From: Chrysomallon squamiferum
Lineage: Eukaryota; Animalia; Mollusca
DNA: 64,000 nt
Assembly (NCBI GenBank): GCA_012295275.1
Contig: CM022673.1
Coordinates: 28,582,001 to 28,646,000, forward strand
Reading direction: 5' to 3'
The notes beneath the pieces are model-generated. The model ran no database searches. It was not told where the DNA came from and saw nothing but the letters and a program-made list of their open reading frames with translations. The translations under genes and the position numbers were made by a program. Positions within the stretch are counted from its first letter, which is position 1; every line of letters starts with the position of its first letter. Shown piece after piece: positions 27,402 to 40,102 of the stretch.

Positions 27402-27977
27402 CAGACGTAGGGTCAACGTCAGTTTATAGACAGCCGCCTGACTAAATATCTGGCGTGTTCGAGTGTGGAGGGGGGTAATCTCCGAAATCCCGCGAGCCCC
27501 CATCAAGTGGGCAGCGCGCCATGAAATTGATTTCGGATGTCAATGGTTGGTTTGGAAGTCTTCCGATCCATCCAGGTCGGCTATTGTTTAACTCGTTGCG
27601 GTAACTTTTGTCCATGCTGTTATACTTTTTGGCGAGAGTTTGAGAAGGGACAGTGCCAGTAACTGATAAGATCGAACTGTCATACGCAGAAATGTCGGAA
27701 ATTCGTGCGTGAAAATATTTATAGTAATAAACGAAAAAACAAGATAAATTATAATCTGTTTAAAGATGATGTATCAGTATAGGAATTTCAACGAAAGATT
27801 TTATTTTACTGGGAACCTCACTAATTTGTTAGTTATCACTATTGTCAGTTATTTCAGTTGTTATATAATACATTTATGAAAACAATCGATTAAATAACAT
27901 TAACTATTACTACATTTTGTAGCTTACTTTACCAAACCGAAAAGAACAACATCCAAACTAATAAATAGATATTAGAC

Positions 27978-27996
27978 TTTATTTATTAATTTTATT
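27978..27996 (-). terminator. Clustered AATAAA polyadenylation signals, probably for the sulfotransferase mRNA
   Basis: Three minus-strand AATAAA hexamers (27978-27983, 27982-27987, 27991-27996), about 230 nt after the stop codon. Confidence 0.5.
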
Positions 27997-28021
27997 AACG
28001 CTGCATAATGAATACTTGAAC

Positions 28022-28142
<121 letters not shown>

Positions 28143-28227
28143 TTACTGAGGAAGAGAGTGAGATGGAGGGAAAGCCATTGAGAAAAAGACAGAAAGAGGA
28201 AGAGCTAGACAGAAAAACAAGATTATA

Positions 28228-28340
28228 TTATTGGCAGTACATTGACTGGAACGAAGTATTTGACATTTCTTCTTTGTATAACTTGTTGAACGCCTCCGTG
28301 TCTTCTAGATTGAACCAATTTCTCCACTCACCAGGCTGTC
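28228..28340 (-). CDS. Cytosolic sulfotransferase, coding exon 6 (last): (G)QPGEWRNWFNLEDTEAFNKLYKEEMSNTSFQSMYCQ*
   Basis: ttttttcag acceptor at 28341-28342; completes the RKGxxGxW motif; TAA at 28228-28230. Confidence 0.93.
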
Positions 28341-28618
28341 CTGAAAAAACGAATCAGTATAATATTTCACCAAACACATAGATATAGATTTCTTTTTCAC
28401 TTGCTTCTAAACTGACAGTTTGCCTGTGGTGTCAGAAGCCAACAAAATATTTCAAACTAAACGTTTTGAACTGCGATAAACTGCGATTTCTTTTACGTTA
28501 AAAACATTTTGCGTCGATAACTGATTTACGCATGTAGAGATATATTAATGGGGTTTCTTGGTGTCTCTAAGTTTGTGTGTGTGTATAGGTGAAGTGTGTT
28601 TTGTTTGTGTGCACGTGC

Positions 28619-28731
<113 letters not shown>

Positions 28732-29500
28732 TACAAAATAAGGTTTAATATAACCTTATAAAAATTGCTGCAGTGGGATTTACTGGTCAGAAAGCTATCT
28801 ATTTTCATTCATGTACAAAATTACCATCCTCGAACTTTAACGACAAATCTGTTTATACACTAGTCTTCGGGGATATTAACCATTAACATATGTCTTGTGT
28901 TTTCTATTTCGGCTGACATAATCGCTAACGCAAATGGATTTCCACTTCTTAAGATCAGATCATTTTCTTCTGTCGTGTGTTAAACAGGAAATATTTCGAG
29001 ACATCTTCGCTCAGATTTGAGACTGCGATAGGTTGCGCTCCTGGTGTTAAATGTTAAAAGGGAATGGTCCAGAAACGTAATGTGAAGGAATCAAGATGTA
29101 TCTAATAACCATTAATTTCTTACAGTACGTTACCTTATATAAAGAAATCAAAATATATTTATAGAAATATTAATATATATATATAGAAATAAAACCACCA
29201 TTGTCATTAATCTTTTTCCATTATTTTCACAAAGTGTGGTTTTTATCTTTCTCTTCTTCTTTTTCTACATTATGATGGTAAAGATAATTATCATCATCAT
29301 CTTCATCTTAATATTGATACTGCTGCTACAACTGTTATTACGACTACAGCTACCAGTACCACCACTACCGCTACAACTACTACTACTACTTTTTTGTTCA
29401 ACCTCATCTATGTCTTTATCCTAAATAGATCGCTGGAAAATAAACCATGAATAATTAATTTTTTACAGAAATAATAACTTTATATATGAAAGCGTGTGCA

Positions 29501-29532
<32 letters not shown>

Positions 29533-30340
29533 TCTTTCTGGGTTTTGGGGTTTTTGGGGGTTTTTTTTGTATAAATTACTTTATACATAAATCAAATTCT
29601 ATATAAGCACATATATGCTACAATGTATGCCATAACCACATCCATAATATTCCTTAGAACCTAATTCCAAAATCACTGCATGATACCTACAGCTCAAATT
29701 AATCCTTTCCATCAGCGCGATTTGTAACAGTAACTTCGATCTAAATCAGGATAATCTGGAGTCCAATCCAGGCATCACTTTAATGACTCATGCGTTACGT
29801 TATGAAAGCCTTTCTGAGCAGGAACCGTGGACAATGCCCTATGAATATGACGCGAATAATGAGTCAGCAGGTCAGCATGATATACTTCTGTCAGTCAGGT
29901 CTGAAGCTAGTTCGATATCTGCGTTAAATGTACTTCTGTTTGCGGCTGTACGTAAGAATTCGTTGTGACTTTGTATTGACTGGTTCGTTAGCTGTTCTCT
30001 TCAAAGAATGCTCCGTGTCGTTTCGTCCAGAATAGTCCAGAATAGTATATATATATATACATGAGACAGATAAAGAAGATGTAAAAGCTTATAATTATAT
30101 CTATTCTGGATATTTAACGAAGTTTTATATTTATATATATATTTATATTTTTTATTATAATTATTTCCGTAAGAATTTTTTTTATTTTTATTTTATTTAT
30201 TTATTTTTTTATCTACATTTCTATCAGGCTTGTTTTGTTCATTAAACTCTTACTGTATACATATTTCATGTTCTATAAGAACAATTTATTCTTTTCGAAT
30301 TAAGGAAAGATCATGAATGTTAAATGATCATGCTCTTTAC

Positions 30341-30503
30341 CTTTTCGGAAATGAACCAATTGTCCATTCCATTTAACAGCAGTGTCTTCGTGTCTTTTCT
30401 TCATCTGTTCAAACTGACACTTCACTGCCACTGATTCACAGAACTCAGAAGTGCAGTTAACACCAAGAAACTCCGACAGTGATTTGACGACTTGGAGAGT
30501 ATT
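30341..30503 (-). CDS. Cytosolic sulfotransferase, coding exon 5: NTLQVVKSLSEFLGVNCTSEFCESVAVKCQFEQMKKRHEDTAVKWNGQLVHFRK(G)
   Basis: ctcag acceptor and G|gtaaag donor; 163 nt, phase 0-1; SULT-typical FLG...CxFxxMK...FRKG. Confidence 0.95.
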
Positions 30504-30944
30504 CTGAGATCAGAGAATGTAATGTATTTAGAGAGAAAGACAGGAATTCTTTTCTTTTTTTTTTTTCTTTTTTCTTAAATCCTATCTTTTGTTAGCTTGA
30601 TAATATCACAAAATAAACAGGTGTTCTGTAAACATCTGGCAAGGTCATTAAAAGGGAAATAACTATATTTTAGGCATATTTATCATTAAATACTATATAA
30701 GAGCATAGAGTCTGTCTTGTATGTTGTCGTTCAGGATCAGATGCAAAGATAAATAACTGTTTTACTGTGTCTTCTCATATTCGGTATTTCATATATACAA
30801 GTATATATATATATGTATGTGTGTATGTGAGTGTATATATATATATATATATATATATGATTTTATATTTTTATTCCAATATATATTTGTTTTTATTTCA
30901 TATATATTGGAATAAAAATATAACAGCTTTAAAAGATATCTTAC

Positions 30945-31048
30945 AGCTTTGACGTCCTCGTATTTTACTCTAAGATGATGCAAGTTTGGATTCTCTGAAA
31001 ACACCTTCTCCCAGTCTTTAGTGTGGTCGAACCATGAGCCCCAGGGTA
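30945..31048 (-). CDS. Cytosolic sulfotransferase, coding exon 4: (L)PWGSWFDHTKDWEKVFSENPNLHHLRVKYEDVKA
   Basis: AG acceptor at 31049-31050 and gtaaga donor at 30943-30944; 104 nt, phase 1-0; GSWFDH..W and YED motifs. Confidence 0.95.
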
Positions 31049-31192
31049 CTTTTGTGAAAAACAAAAAACAATTTTCATCACTGAATGATGATAATTTAGT
31101 TTTAATACAGGACTTTCATTTGAAAGAAATATAGACTAATTTTTACAGATAACTATATGTGATATGTTTTATTTGTAACTTAATGATGATAA

Positions 31193-31258
<66 letters not shown>

Positions 31259-32061
31259 ACCGAGGGATTACTAGATGGTCAGACAGTGGTATGTATGCAT
31301 GCATGAACGGACAAAAATGATATTCACAGGGTGAAGCACAATACAAAAACAACTTTTTCCCCCGAATCACTCGTAAATTCCTTTCTCTATACTTAAAAAT
31401 ATTTCATTACTTAGACATCTGCAGTTTTTACTGCCAAATTCAGTCACATACAAAAATATAAAATAAAATAAATGTCCTATAATCATTGTTATCGGTCGTA
31501 ATACTGTTTATCCAGCTGAAGCAATACATCATTTTCCTTCGCCATTGGGGGGAATTTATCAAGATAGGTCTACATCCACAGTGTTGCTGACTACCTCGAT
31601 TTATCATCATTGACATTCTAATCCCTTCAGCGGAATTGCCAACGTAATTGGTGGATAAATGAATCTCTATCCGCGGAGTATTCTGTCTCGCTACCAGCAC
31701 GTGCATTTGTACCAGATTAGAACATCCGCGAATGGTCATGTTTAATTATCACTTAGATTATTTATTTTTTTTTTTTATCCTTAGTAATTTACTCTTCTAT
31801 AATTTCTGCAGTAACTAAGATATGTCGATCTCAAAATCAACATGGTACGGTATATAAATAAATCAAGTTTCCTTAGTACTGTCTTCATTTTATGAACGCT
31901 GTCATTTGAGAGCTTCCATGCAAACCAGTTTTTCACACACGCATATCGCAGAACATGAAAAATACTGGTAATAATAAAGCAGCATTTGAACGAGAAATAA
32001 GCGACAGAGGTGATCGTAAACCAAAGCGGTCGGTACGGATTTACGTCCCGCTCCTACTTAC

Positions 32062-32203
32062 GACGTCCTCTGCTGAACAGATCTAACCAATCGCTGAACG
32101 TTCCGTCGTAGTCGTCGCCAGGCCACGCCTTGTAAAGGTTGAACCAGGACACGACCACGTCCCGGGGGTCGCGGACCAGGTGGATGATTGAAATGTTCCT
32201 CTC
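32062..32203 (-). CDS. Cytosolic sulfotransferase, coding exon 3: ERNISIIHLVRDPRDVVVSWFNLYKAWPGDDYDGTFSDWLDLFSRGR
   Basis: tacag acceptor and gtaagt donor; 142 nt, phase 0-1; 3'-phosphate-binding motif RDPRDVVVS. Not in the ORF track. Confidence 0.95.
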
Positions 32204-32208
32204 CTGTA

Positions 32209-32209
<1 letters not shown>

Positions 32210-32296
<87 letters not shown>
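32210..32296. repeat. (AAT)~29 microsatellite directly abutting the SULT exon 3 acceptor
   Basis: Direct reading. Confidence 0.97.
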
Positions 32297-32299
<3 letters not shown>

Positions 32300-32361
32300 T
32301 ACTTATCCTAAACTAATTAAAACTCGAGATGATTAGGACAGGCCATACTAAAGACTTGTTA

Positions 32362-32367
<6 letters not shown>

Positions 32368-32449
<82 letters not shown>
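32368..32449. repeat. (CT)n microsatellite
   Basis: Direct reading. Confidence 0.95.
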
Positions 32450-32453
<4 letters not shown>

Positions 32454-32703
32454 CTATCTTCTTACAATTATTGAAGATGTAAATAACTGTGGTAACTATT
32501 TTTCATTATTGTTGTTTTTGGGGGTTTTTTCACTTATTTTCTATTTTTTTTGAGAAATACATAATTCATTCATGTTTATTATCGTAATCATAATCGATAC
32601 GTGAAATTTACTTATCAGTATCTGCACTTTGATCTTCGTAACATCAATATATACATAATTGCGTGAAATACTTAATTATTCAGATTATTATTTTTTATTA
32701 ATT

Positions 32704-32792
<89 letters not shown>

Positions 32793-32838
32793 CATTATTA
32801 GTAGTAATAGTAGTAGCAGCTTTTCAGCTGTTTTCTTT

Positions 32839-32877
<39 letters not shown>

Positions 32878-33030
32878 CCCTTAATTTCTTTCATCTTATT
32901 TTATTTTATTTTATTTTATTTTATTTTTTTTATTATTCTATTTTTTTTTTTTATTTTTTTTTTTTTTTTATTTTATTTTTTTTCATTTCATTTTACTTCC
33001 AGTCTTACGTGTGACTGTTTTAGCAGATAC

Positions 33031-33209
33031 CTTCACAGCAGACTGTAGATGTCTGTAACACATGTGAGTGGTCATCACTCGAGGAGAGGGGACAGTGTCC
33101 AGCTGCGTGGTGGACGTCAGCTCTAGAACAACGTCATCCATGGACTGTGACACCGCATCATCCTTCCCACTCAACAGCATGCTCACCATTTCATACACCC
33201 AGTGGTGAC
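33031..33209 (-). CDS. Cytosolic sulfotransferase, coding exon 2: (G)HHWVYEMVSMLLSGKDDAVSQSMDDVVLELTSTTQLDTVPSPRVMTTHMCYRHLQSAVK
   Basis: ccag acceptor at 33210-33211 and AAG|gtatct donor; 179 nt, phase 1-0; PSPRVMTTH carries the catalytic His. Confidence 0.95.
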
Positions 33210-33219
33210 CTGGCAGATA

Positions 33220-33245
33220 ATAGTAATAACAACAACTACAATACC

Positions 33246-33312
<67 letters not shown>

Positions 33313-33600
33313 GTAATAATAATAATACAGTATTAGTGATGATGATGATGATAATGAAGTTGATGATTATGAAATAATAATAATAATAAAAATAATAGTA
33401 ATAGTAATAATAATAATAATAAAATAATAATATTAATAATAATAACAATAATAATAATGATGATGATGATGATGTCGATGATTATGAAATAATAATAACA
33501 ATAATAATAATAATAATAATAATAATGATATTAATAATAACAACAATAATAATGATGATGATGATGATGATTCGATGATTATGAAATCACAACAACAAAA
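33220..33600. repeat. Compound (AAC)/(AAT)/(GAT) microsatellite filling most of SULT coding intron 1
   Basis: Direct reading; the block gatgattatgaaat recurs three times. Confidence 0.92.
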
Positions 33601-33753
33601 AACATCAGTAAGTTTTTAAAGAAACGGTTTGTTTTATTATTCTGTATTGTTTAGTTTTACATACCTGAGTTATGTACTTCTTTCTTGTTGTCGTCTTGTA
33701 TGTGACACCTGCTACAGTTTTCTTTGTTACAAACAGAGGCAAAGTTTACTTAC

Positions 33754-33925
33754 CTGAGCGCGGCATTCCACAAAGGAAAACATCGCTGTCACGAACTTTT
33801 AGGTTGGGAATATTTCGAATAGTTTCTTCTGTCACATTCACTGGGAACAAACGACCATCAAAATTATGTAGCGTCAAAAACTTTCCGTGTCGGTCAGTTA
33901 TCTTTATCGTTCTTGAAGGGTTCAT
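33754..33925 (-). CDS. Cytosolic sulfotransferase, coding exon 1: MNPSRTIKITDRHGKFLTLHNFDGRLFPVNVTEETIRNIPNLKVRDSDVFLCGMPRS(G); full protein 290 aa (Sulfotransfer_1 family)
   Basis: aagATG at 33925, CAG|gtaagt donor at 33752-33753, and a tttctcag acceptor 7 nt upstream of the ATG. VRDSDVFLCGMPRSG matches the SULT RxDD...YPKSGT region. No signal anchor, so cytosolic type. Confidence 0.93.
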
Positions 33926-34379
33926 CTTAAATCTGAGAAAATAGTCGTAGCCGAGTCTTATGTTGTAGAAGTTAGTATACTCATTAAAAGAGACGCACGA
34001 TGTAAATAAGCTAATTTTATCAGCTATGACGTATCATGATGATTTACTGATGTAAAATTATCTGAATTATAATTTCTGTTTCGTCATAAAAGTTGACAAA
34101 GATTATCAACTTCACGTCTCAGAGAGAATGTATGAAATAATTAAGTAAGACTGAAATAGTTTATTATATATTGTTATCAGCTATCAAATGATTTCATATG
34201 CAAGGTCACCGGCCAGTAAATTAGCAGAAAGCATTCATTCGTACGAACCTTCTCATAGGCAGGAAAGCAGATTAAACAGACGTGCGATATTAACTGGAAC
34301 ACGAGCACAGAGTGGGGGGAGAACAGATCATGTGACCCGTCATGCATGAGTTCATTTCATTTATGACCCAAACACTTAC

Positions 34380-34422
34380 GACACGGAAGACAATGAATTT
34401 TTATTTCTGGTCACGCAATACT
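34380..34422 (-). other. Probable non-coding 5' UTR exon of the sulfotransferase gene
   Basis: Consensus gtaagt donor at 34378-34379. The upstream boundary cattcagt reads either as an Inr (TCA+1GT, A at 34422) or as a CAG acceptor behind a (CT)50 tract. The acceptor at 33933 requires an upstream exon. Confidence 0.55.
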
Positions 34423-34423
34423 G

Positions 34424-34529
<106 letters not shown>

Positions 34530-36285
34530 AATTTATTTAGAAAATGAAAAAGTATTGTTAAACAAAATATACTTCATTTAATGTTTCAAGAACAAATTAA
34601 AAACGACGACAAGTTTCAGTGAATACATGATTGACCATCACAAAACCAAACATATATTAACTTTATTTTTTTCAACAAAACAACCTCTTTTAGAGTATGC
34701 AGAAAAGAGAAAATAAAAAAAAATAAAAATAAAAAACGTGTTTAAGATAATAAATATATTTTTTTTGTATGTACAAATAAAGGTAACGTTATTAAACTGA
34801 GCACATCGCTGTGCTGCAGTGGGTATAAAATATGAAGTATGACAAGAAGATTAACTGCAAAGTAAGACACTCTATCTCGGTGATTGAAATTCAGATTGGG
34901 TTTCACTCCAGCGCGTTAACTTTATCTCCAGTGGGAATCGAACAGCTCTGAACATTATCTCCGCTTTTTTTAGACACCAGAACATGTTGGGTTACGATAT
35001 CACTTCTGTTCTAAATCCACAGCCTAATCCAAGGGGGAGTACAACTGGTACACGAACCTCCAACCCATTTTTATCGTTCCAGTGATTTTTTTTTTACCCC
35101 CGTTTTTAATGAAGATATTTGCATATTGAAGTTACATCCACTATAATGATAACGCCTCATCTTTAGTGAGTACGAAATTAAACAGTGCAAAAAATGTTAA
35201 CAATATAAAAACTGGACCTCGCGTTTATTTTCTTTTTTGGAAAAGAGATTAAACACAGCAATAGTAGCTTGGATTCGATAACGCTAACTTTGCGCAATGT
35301 TTCAGCTGTATGAGGTCAGTGTCAACAAATATAAAAAATAAATACGTTTTCTGAATACGACGTTGGTACATTGGCTGGAGTGTGAATTGTCTTAATGAAG
35401 TCACCTAACAGGATCGATACAGGAGGCCAGCACTAGTTGAAAGATGTAATATTCTGAATGCAAAATAAACAATAATTATACATTTTTCGTTGATAAAATA
35501 TACAACCAATAAGCATCTATATTTGTATCAGTACTAACGTGTAATATTAGTACTGTTATTTACCATTTTGTTTAAATTAATAATTATTATGACCGAAGAC
35601 ATTTTGACCGCTGACGTTATGGCCTATGACATCGTCCGTTGACATTTAGTGAATATTGTGACTTACAAAAGAAAGTTATTACCATCAAGAACTTCTCTCC
35701 AGAAATATAGGAAAATATAAAGAACTAACAAAGAAAGCGCATGTCATGATGCTGATGGTGACAACGTTGATGATAATACTAATGATATGATAATAAAATA
35801 AAATAAAAAATAAAACATTCCATCTACTTTCTAGTTCGGAGCTGAATCTTTCGACACCTCTTGCAAGTGAATTTTAACGCGGCTAAATGCAAACTGAAGC
35901 CGGTTACGTTAAGAACGCACTCAAACTCAAACGTGGCTTTTTCACTCGCTTTGCTTTTGGCAGATTCTAACAAAAGCGCTTCAGGTCGTCACCTCTTGAC
36001 ACGGTGCCAGTAAACAGGCGTGTCCGGACATAATCACAGCACTTGACCAGGCATGTCTTTGCTTTAACAACACGAGAGAAACACTGGCTTTGACAGCTTG
36101 TACAAAACGCTGACAGAGCAGGCAAGGTCGCAGTCAGAAGAGTATTTACATGGGAACGGAAAAACAGAGTTGTTAAAGAAAATACTACTGGAATACCGCG
36201 TAGTTGATCATTTCTGAGTTTAAACTAAGATTTCTTAGTAGGTAGAGGTCTTGGAAACATTTATATATTGCCATTTGAGAGCGTT

Positions 36286-36321
<36 letters not shown>

Positions 36322-36568
36322 CCTGTCTGCCCAATGTTCTGATGTTTTATTAAAGGCTGTGGTATTTTCGTCCTGTCTGTGGATGTAGTTGATATTAAAA
36401 TTACCTTTTTTCTGTTAATCGGTAGGAGTAGCTCATTGTGTGATGTAATGATTTGCCTCTCTTATGTCATGTATCAGTAAAACATTAACTAATCTAGCTC
36501 AGATTCGCATCTGAGTATATGTGTATGTGTGTGTGTATATATATATATTGCCTGTAACAACAACAGCA

Positions 36569-36631
<63 letters not shown>

Positions 36632-36673
36632 GTAATAGTAATAGTAATAATAATAATAATAATAATGATGATG

Positions 36674-36723
<50 letters not shown>
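36569..36723. repeat. (AAT)n microsatellite
   Basis: Direct reading. Confidence 0.95.
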
Positions 36724-36724
<1 letters not shown>

Positions 36725-39192
36725 TTATTAAAGGTGTGAGGATGTTGATGACGAAGCTTGCGGCCAAACGATAACTGTTGCTCTTCTAACGACAGCATCA
36801 TTCTAGTCAGATTGTGAACTAAAACAAAGTGACAGTAACCACATCCAACTGCGTATAATATTCAGAAACAATATTACAGAAACTAATAATAATAAAACAA
36901 AACAAAAATTCCCCCAAAACCATTCTACGCGCATTGTTTTAGTCACGAGCTGGCATAACCAATTACTAAACAGCCTGATCGCAGTCTTGGAAGATCTTCT
37001 ACGTGCGTATAAATAATTGACAAAAACAAACTTCGCGTTGAAATCAATACGTGCAGCAGACAATAACAACAGTCTATAACCCAGCACTGCTGCATTACAT
37101 GCTGCACTGGTTTTGATCACAAGTAAATGTAACAGAAAATAGCTCAAAGTCACAATAATTGCGCACGTTATTTAGTGTCGCGTGGAATGTGTCCGAAACG
37201 TGATGACGTCGTAGTCATTATTAGTTATTATAAAGGATTAAAGTGGTGGTGGTGATGATGGTGGGGTGTTGATGATGATCGCTGATGATGATGCTGTGGT
37301 GGACGTAGTTGAAGTAGTATTAGATATATAGAGAGAGAGGGAGAGAGAGCAAAGAAATACAATTGAATACAACCTCATTCAAAGTGAATGTTTTTTCAAC
37401 TCAAAGGCCGATAATCAGTGATTGCATAAGTTCAGTATTTCGACATTATTATCTCCCTTCAGTATCCTTCTTTCTTATTTCATTTTGTTTTTTCTCTTTT
37501 CTTTTTTTAACAACAAGAAGAACAACGACATTCATCTGAAAATAGGTGACTCCACATAATAATACTGTACGAGATTGCTTTTTATCAACAACTTTTCTGG
37601 GTCACATAATTATAGCTCATGTTCATACAAAAAAAAATAACTGCATACAGGCGAGTGTTTTCAAATATTGTAAAACATTATCAAGAGCCTTAAACATTTC
37701 TTCCTCCAGTATTTGATTTGCTTACGCGATTATCTACCCTACACTTTGTTATAAACTACTTTGAAATAATCTTCTTGTGTTTTTCTTGTTTCTTCTTTTC
37801 TTTTGTCTGTACTTTGTGTGTAGTACGCACGTTCGTGCATTAATACATACATATGAGTGTATGCGTGTGAATGTGTGTGTATGTAAGTTGAGTTTGTTGC
37901 TTGTGTATGTGAACATTCAGCGTGGAAGGTGTTAATAAATCTAACAAGCAATGAGTGTTTAATGACAAGAAATATTTAAATATTGACGATCACTTTTGTT
38001 TTAATCATATTTTGTTTAGTAGTTGTAATCAGGTACCTTCTCACAAGAGGAATGGTCTTTAATCCGTCTTGTTGTAAATGAGACGTAAGACATTGGCTCT
38101 AATGGGTAATTAATTGTCTAGTGAACGATCACACACATTTCAGAAGAGCGCTCTAACCACTGTCCTAGAGCCTGGCAATCAATGCATGGAATTTAAAAAA
38201 ACTAATGCTTCTTTTAGAACAGTATAAAAAAAGTCATATCAAACCTCTATCGATAATTATTTTTATTTTTGATTGCCACACATTTTCATCTTTATTTTTT
38301 TGCTTTTGAATTGTTATTATTATTATTGTTATTGTTATTGCTGTTGTTGTGTTTGTTGTTTGATTTAGATTATATATATATAGATAGACAGATAGATAGA
38401 TAGATAAGATCATTATATACACACACACACACACATAAAACAAATAATCTAATATCATCACTATTTTTTGTTTTCCCTGAAGAAATGAACGCACGTCCGA
38501 AAAATCTGTGAAGCATTTAAAATGATATCAGATTTACTCGACATATTTACATAGACTTTTTGTTCTCGGCAGCTAGATAGCTTTCGTGTGGGCGGCATTT
38601 ATCTGCAAATATCTGATTATTCCTTTTTAGCAACATATTTTTATTATTAAGTATTTTTTGTTATGAGGTCGCAAAAAAGTACTGTTATCAGAGCAAACCA
38701 AACATAATGATTTCCACAGTTTTTATTCACAGATTGTTTTCAGTGTGTGCTGAATAAAGCAAAACTGAAGACAGACGTATTTAATTTTTTTTTTTTTCGT
38801 TCTAATTATTTAGCATGATGGTGTTTTAATATGGTTTTAACATTAATTATTTCAAACAGATCCTAATTGTGATAAGCTTTGTTTCTAATTTTGTTGTTGA
38901 TGTGATTTTAGGACTGGCTGACAAGGTTGTAGAGTCTGTTAATTGTTATATGTATAAAGAGCTTTGTATTTACGTACATTATACACTTGTTTTCTGTGTA
39001 TTGTTTGTTGTACTTTCCTATGAATGTACATGTTTGCGAGTAAGTAGCTACATTATTTAGAGACTACGGGACTAACAGAGCAGAAAAACATTAATATTAC
39101 TGATGATGATGGTGAATATGATGATAATGAAAATAACGCAAAAATAAAAATCGATTAACAATAACAAAAACAACAGCAATAATAATAATACT

Positions 39193-39227
<35 letters not shown>

Positions 39228-39529
39228 TAGTAGTAGTAGCAGCAGCAGCAGCAGCAGCAAAGCAATAATAATAATAATAATACAGCAACAACAACAACAA
39301 GAGTAATAAAGGGAAAATTTCTGTATTGTCTCTTCCTTGTGTTCTAATTCCTAAGTCGCGTGTCCAGATTTGCATGTTTAAACCTTTTAAACCTCTGTTA
39401 CGTAAATATCTCACAGTAAATTAAACTAACCTACATATTTAGTCATTTAGCTTGGCATCCGAATATCTGCATGCAATATTAATGAAATACAATTTTTTAC
39501 GTTTATTGTTCCAATCTCGAAATAGACTG

Positions 39530-39860
39530 TAGATATTTAAATAAAAACATTTTCTCCTTTAACGCACATTTTTTCTGTATTAGTCTGGTTAGAACTAAGC
39601 TATAATTACGCAGAAGTTCTATTATTATCTGTGTCAGTTTACTTTTCAAATGACGACAGAAACTGCAGAATTAAATAATAAAACATTTTCTGTTTTAACA
39701 TACGTTTTTTTTTTTGTTTTTTCATTCTGCGTCAGAGTAGTCGAAAGTAAGCTTCAACTGTACTGAGTTTCTATTATTATCTACGTATGTTTTCTTTTCA
39801 AATGACAAAAGAGAATTTAGATTTAAATAACAAAACATTTCCTCGTTTAATGCATATTTT
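39530..39860. repeat. Diverged ~135-150-bp tandem duplication, about 2.3 copies
   Basis: ttctattattatct...ttttcaaatgac at 39617 and 39769; taaata..aaaacattt near 39538, 39672 and 39824. Confidence 0.75.
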
Positions 39861-40048
39861 CACTAACGAAGTATCTGCAGTAATCTGCAAGTACATAATA
39901 CTTACTTTCCTATCACTGTTTACATAATAAGTTAATGGTCAGTGATTGAAATACGTTTTAGAAACTAGGAGTTCGCTAAGTTCGGTGACAGAGAGTGGGA
40001 AGCGGGGAGCTTGCACAGTTATATCTGTTGTTGTTGTTGTATATATAG

Positions 40049-40102
<54 letters not shown>

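Noticed and set aside
38060-38176. tRNA gene or tRNA-derived SINE (minus-strand cagtggttagagcgc, A-box-like)
   Set aside because: No B-box or cloverleaf follows; at most a short unassignable remnant.
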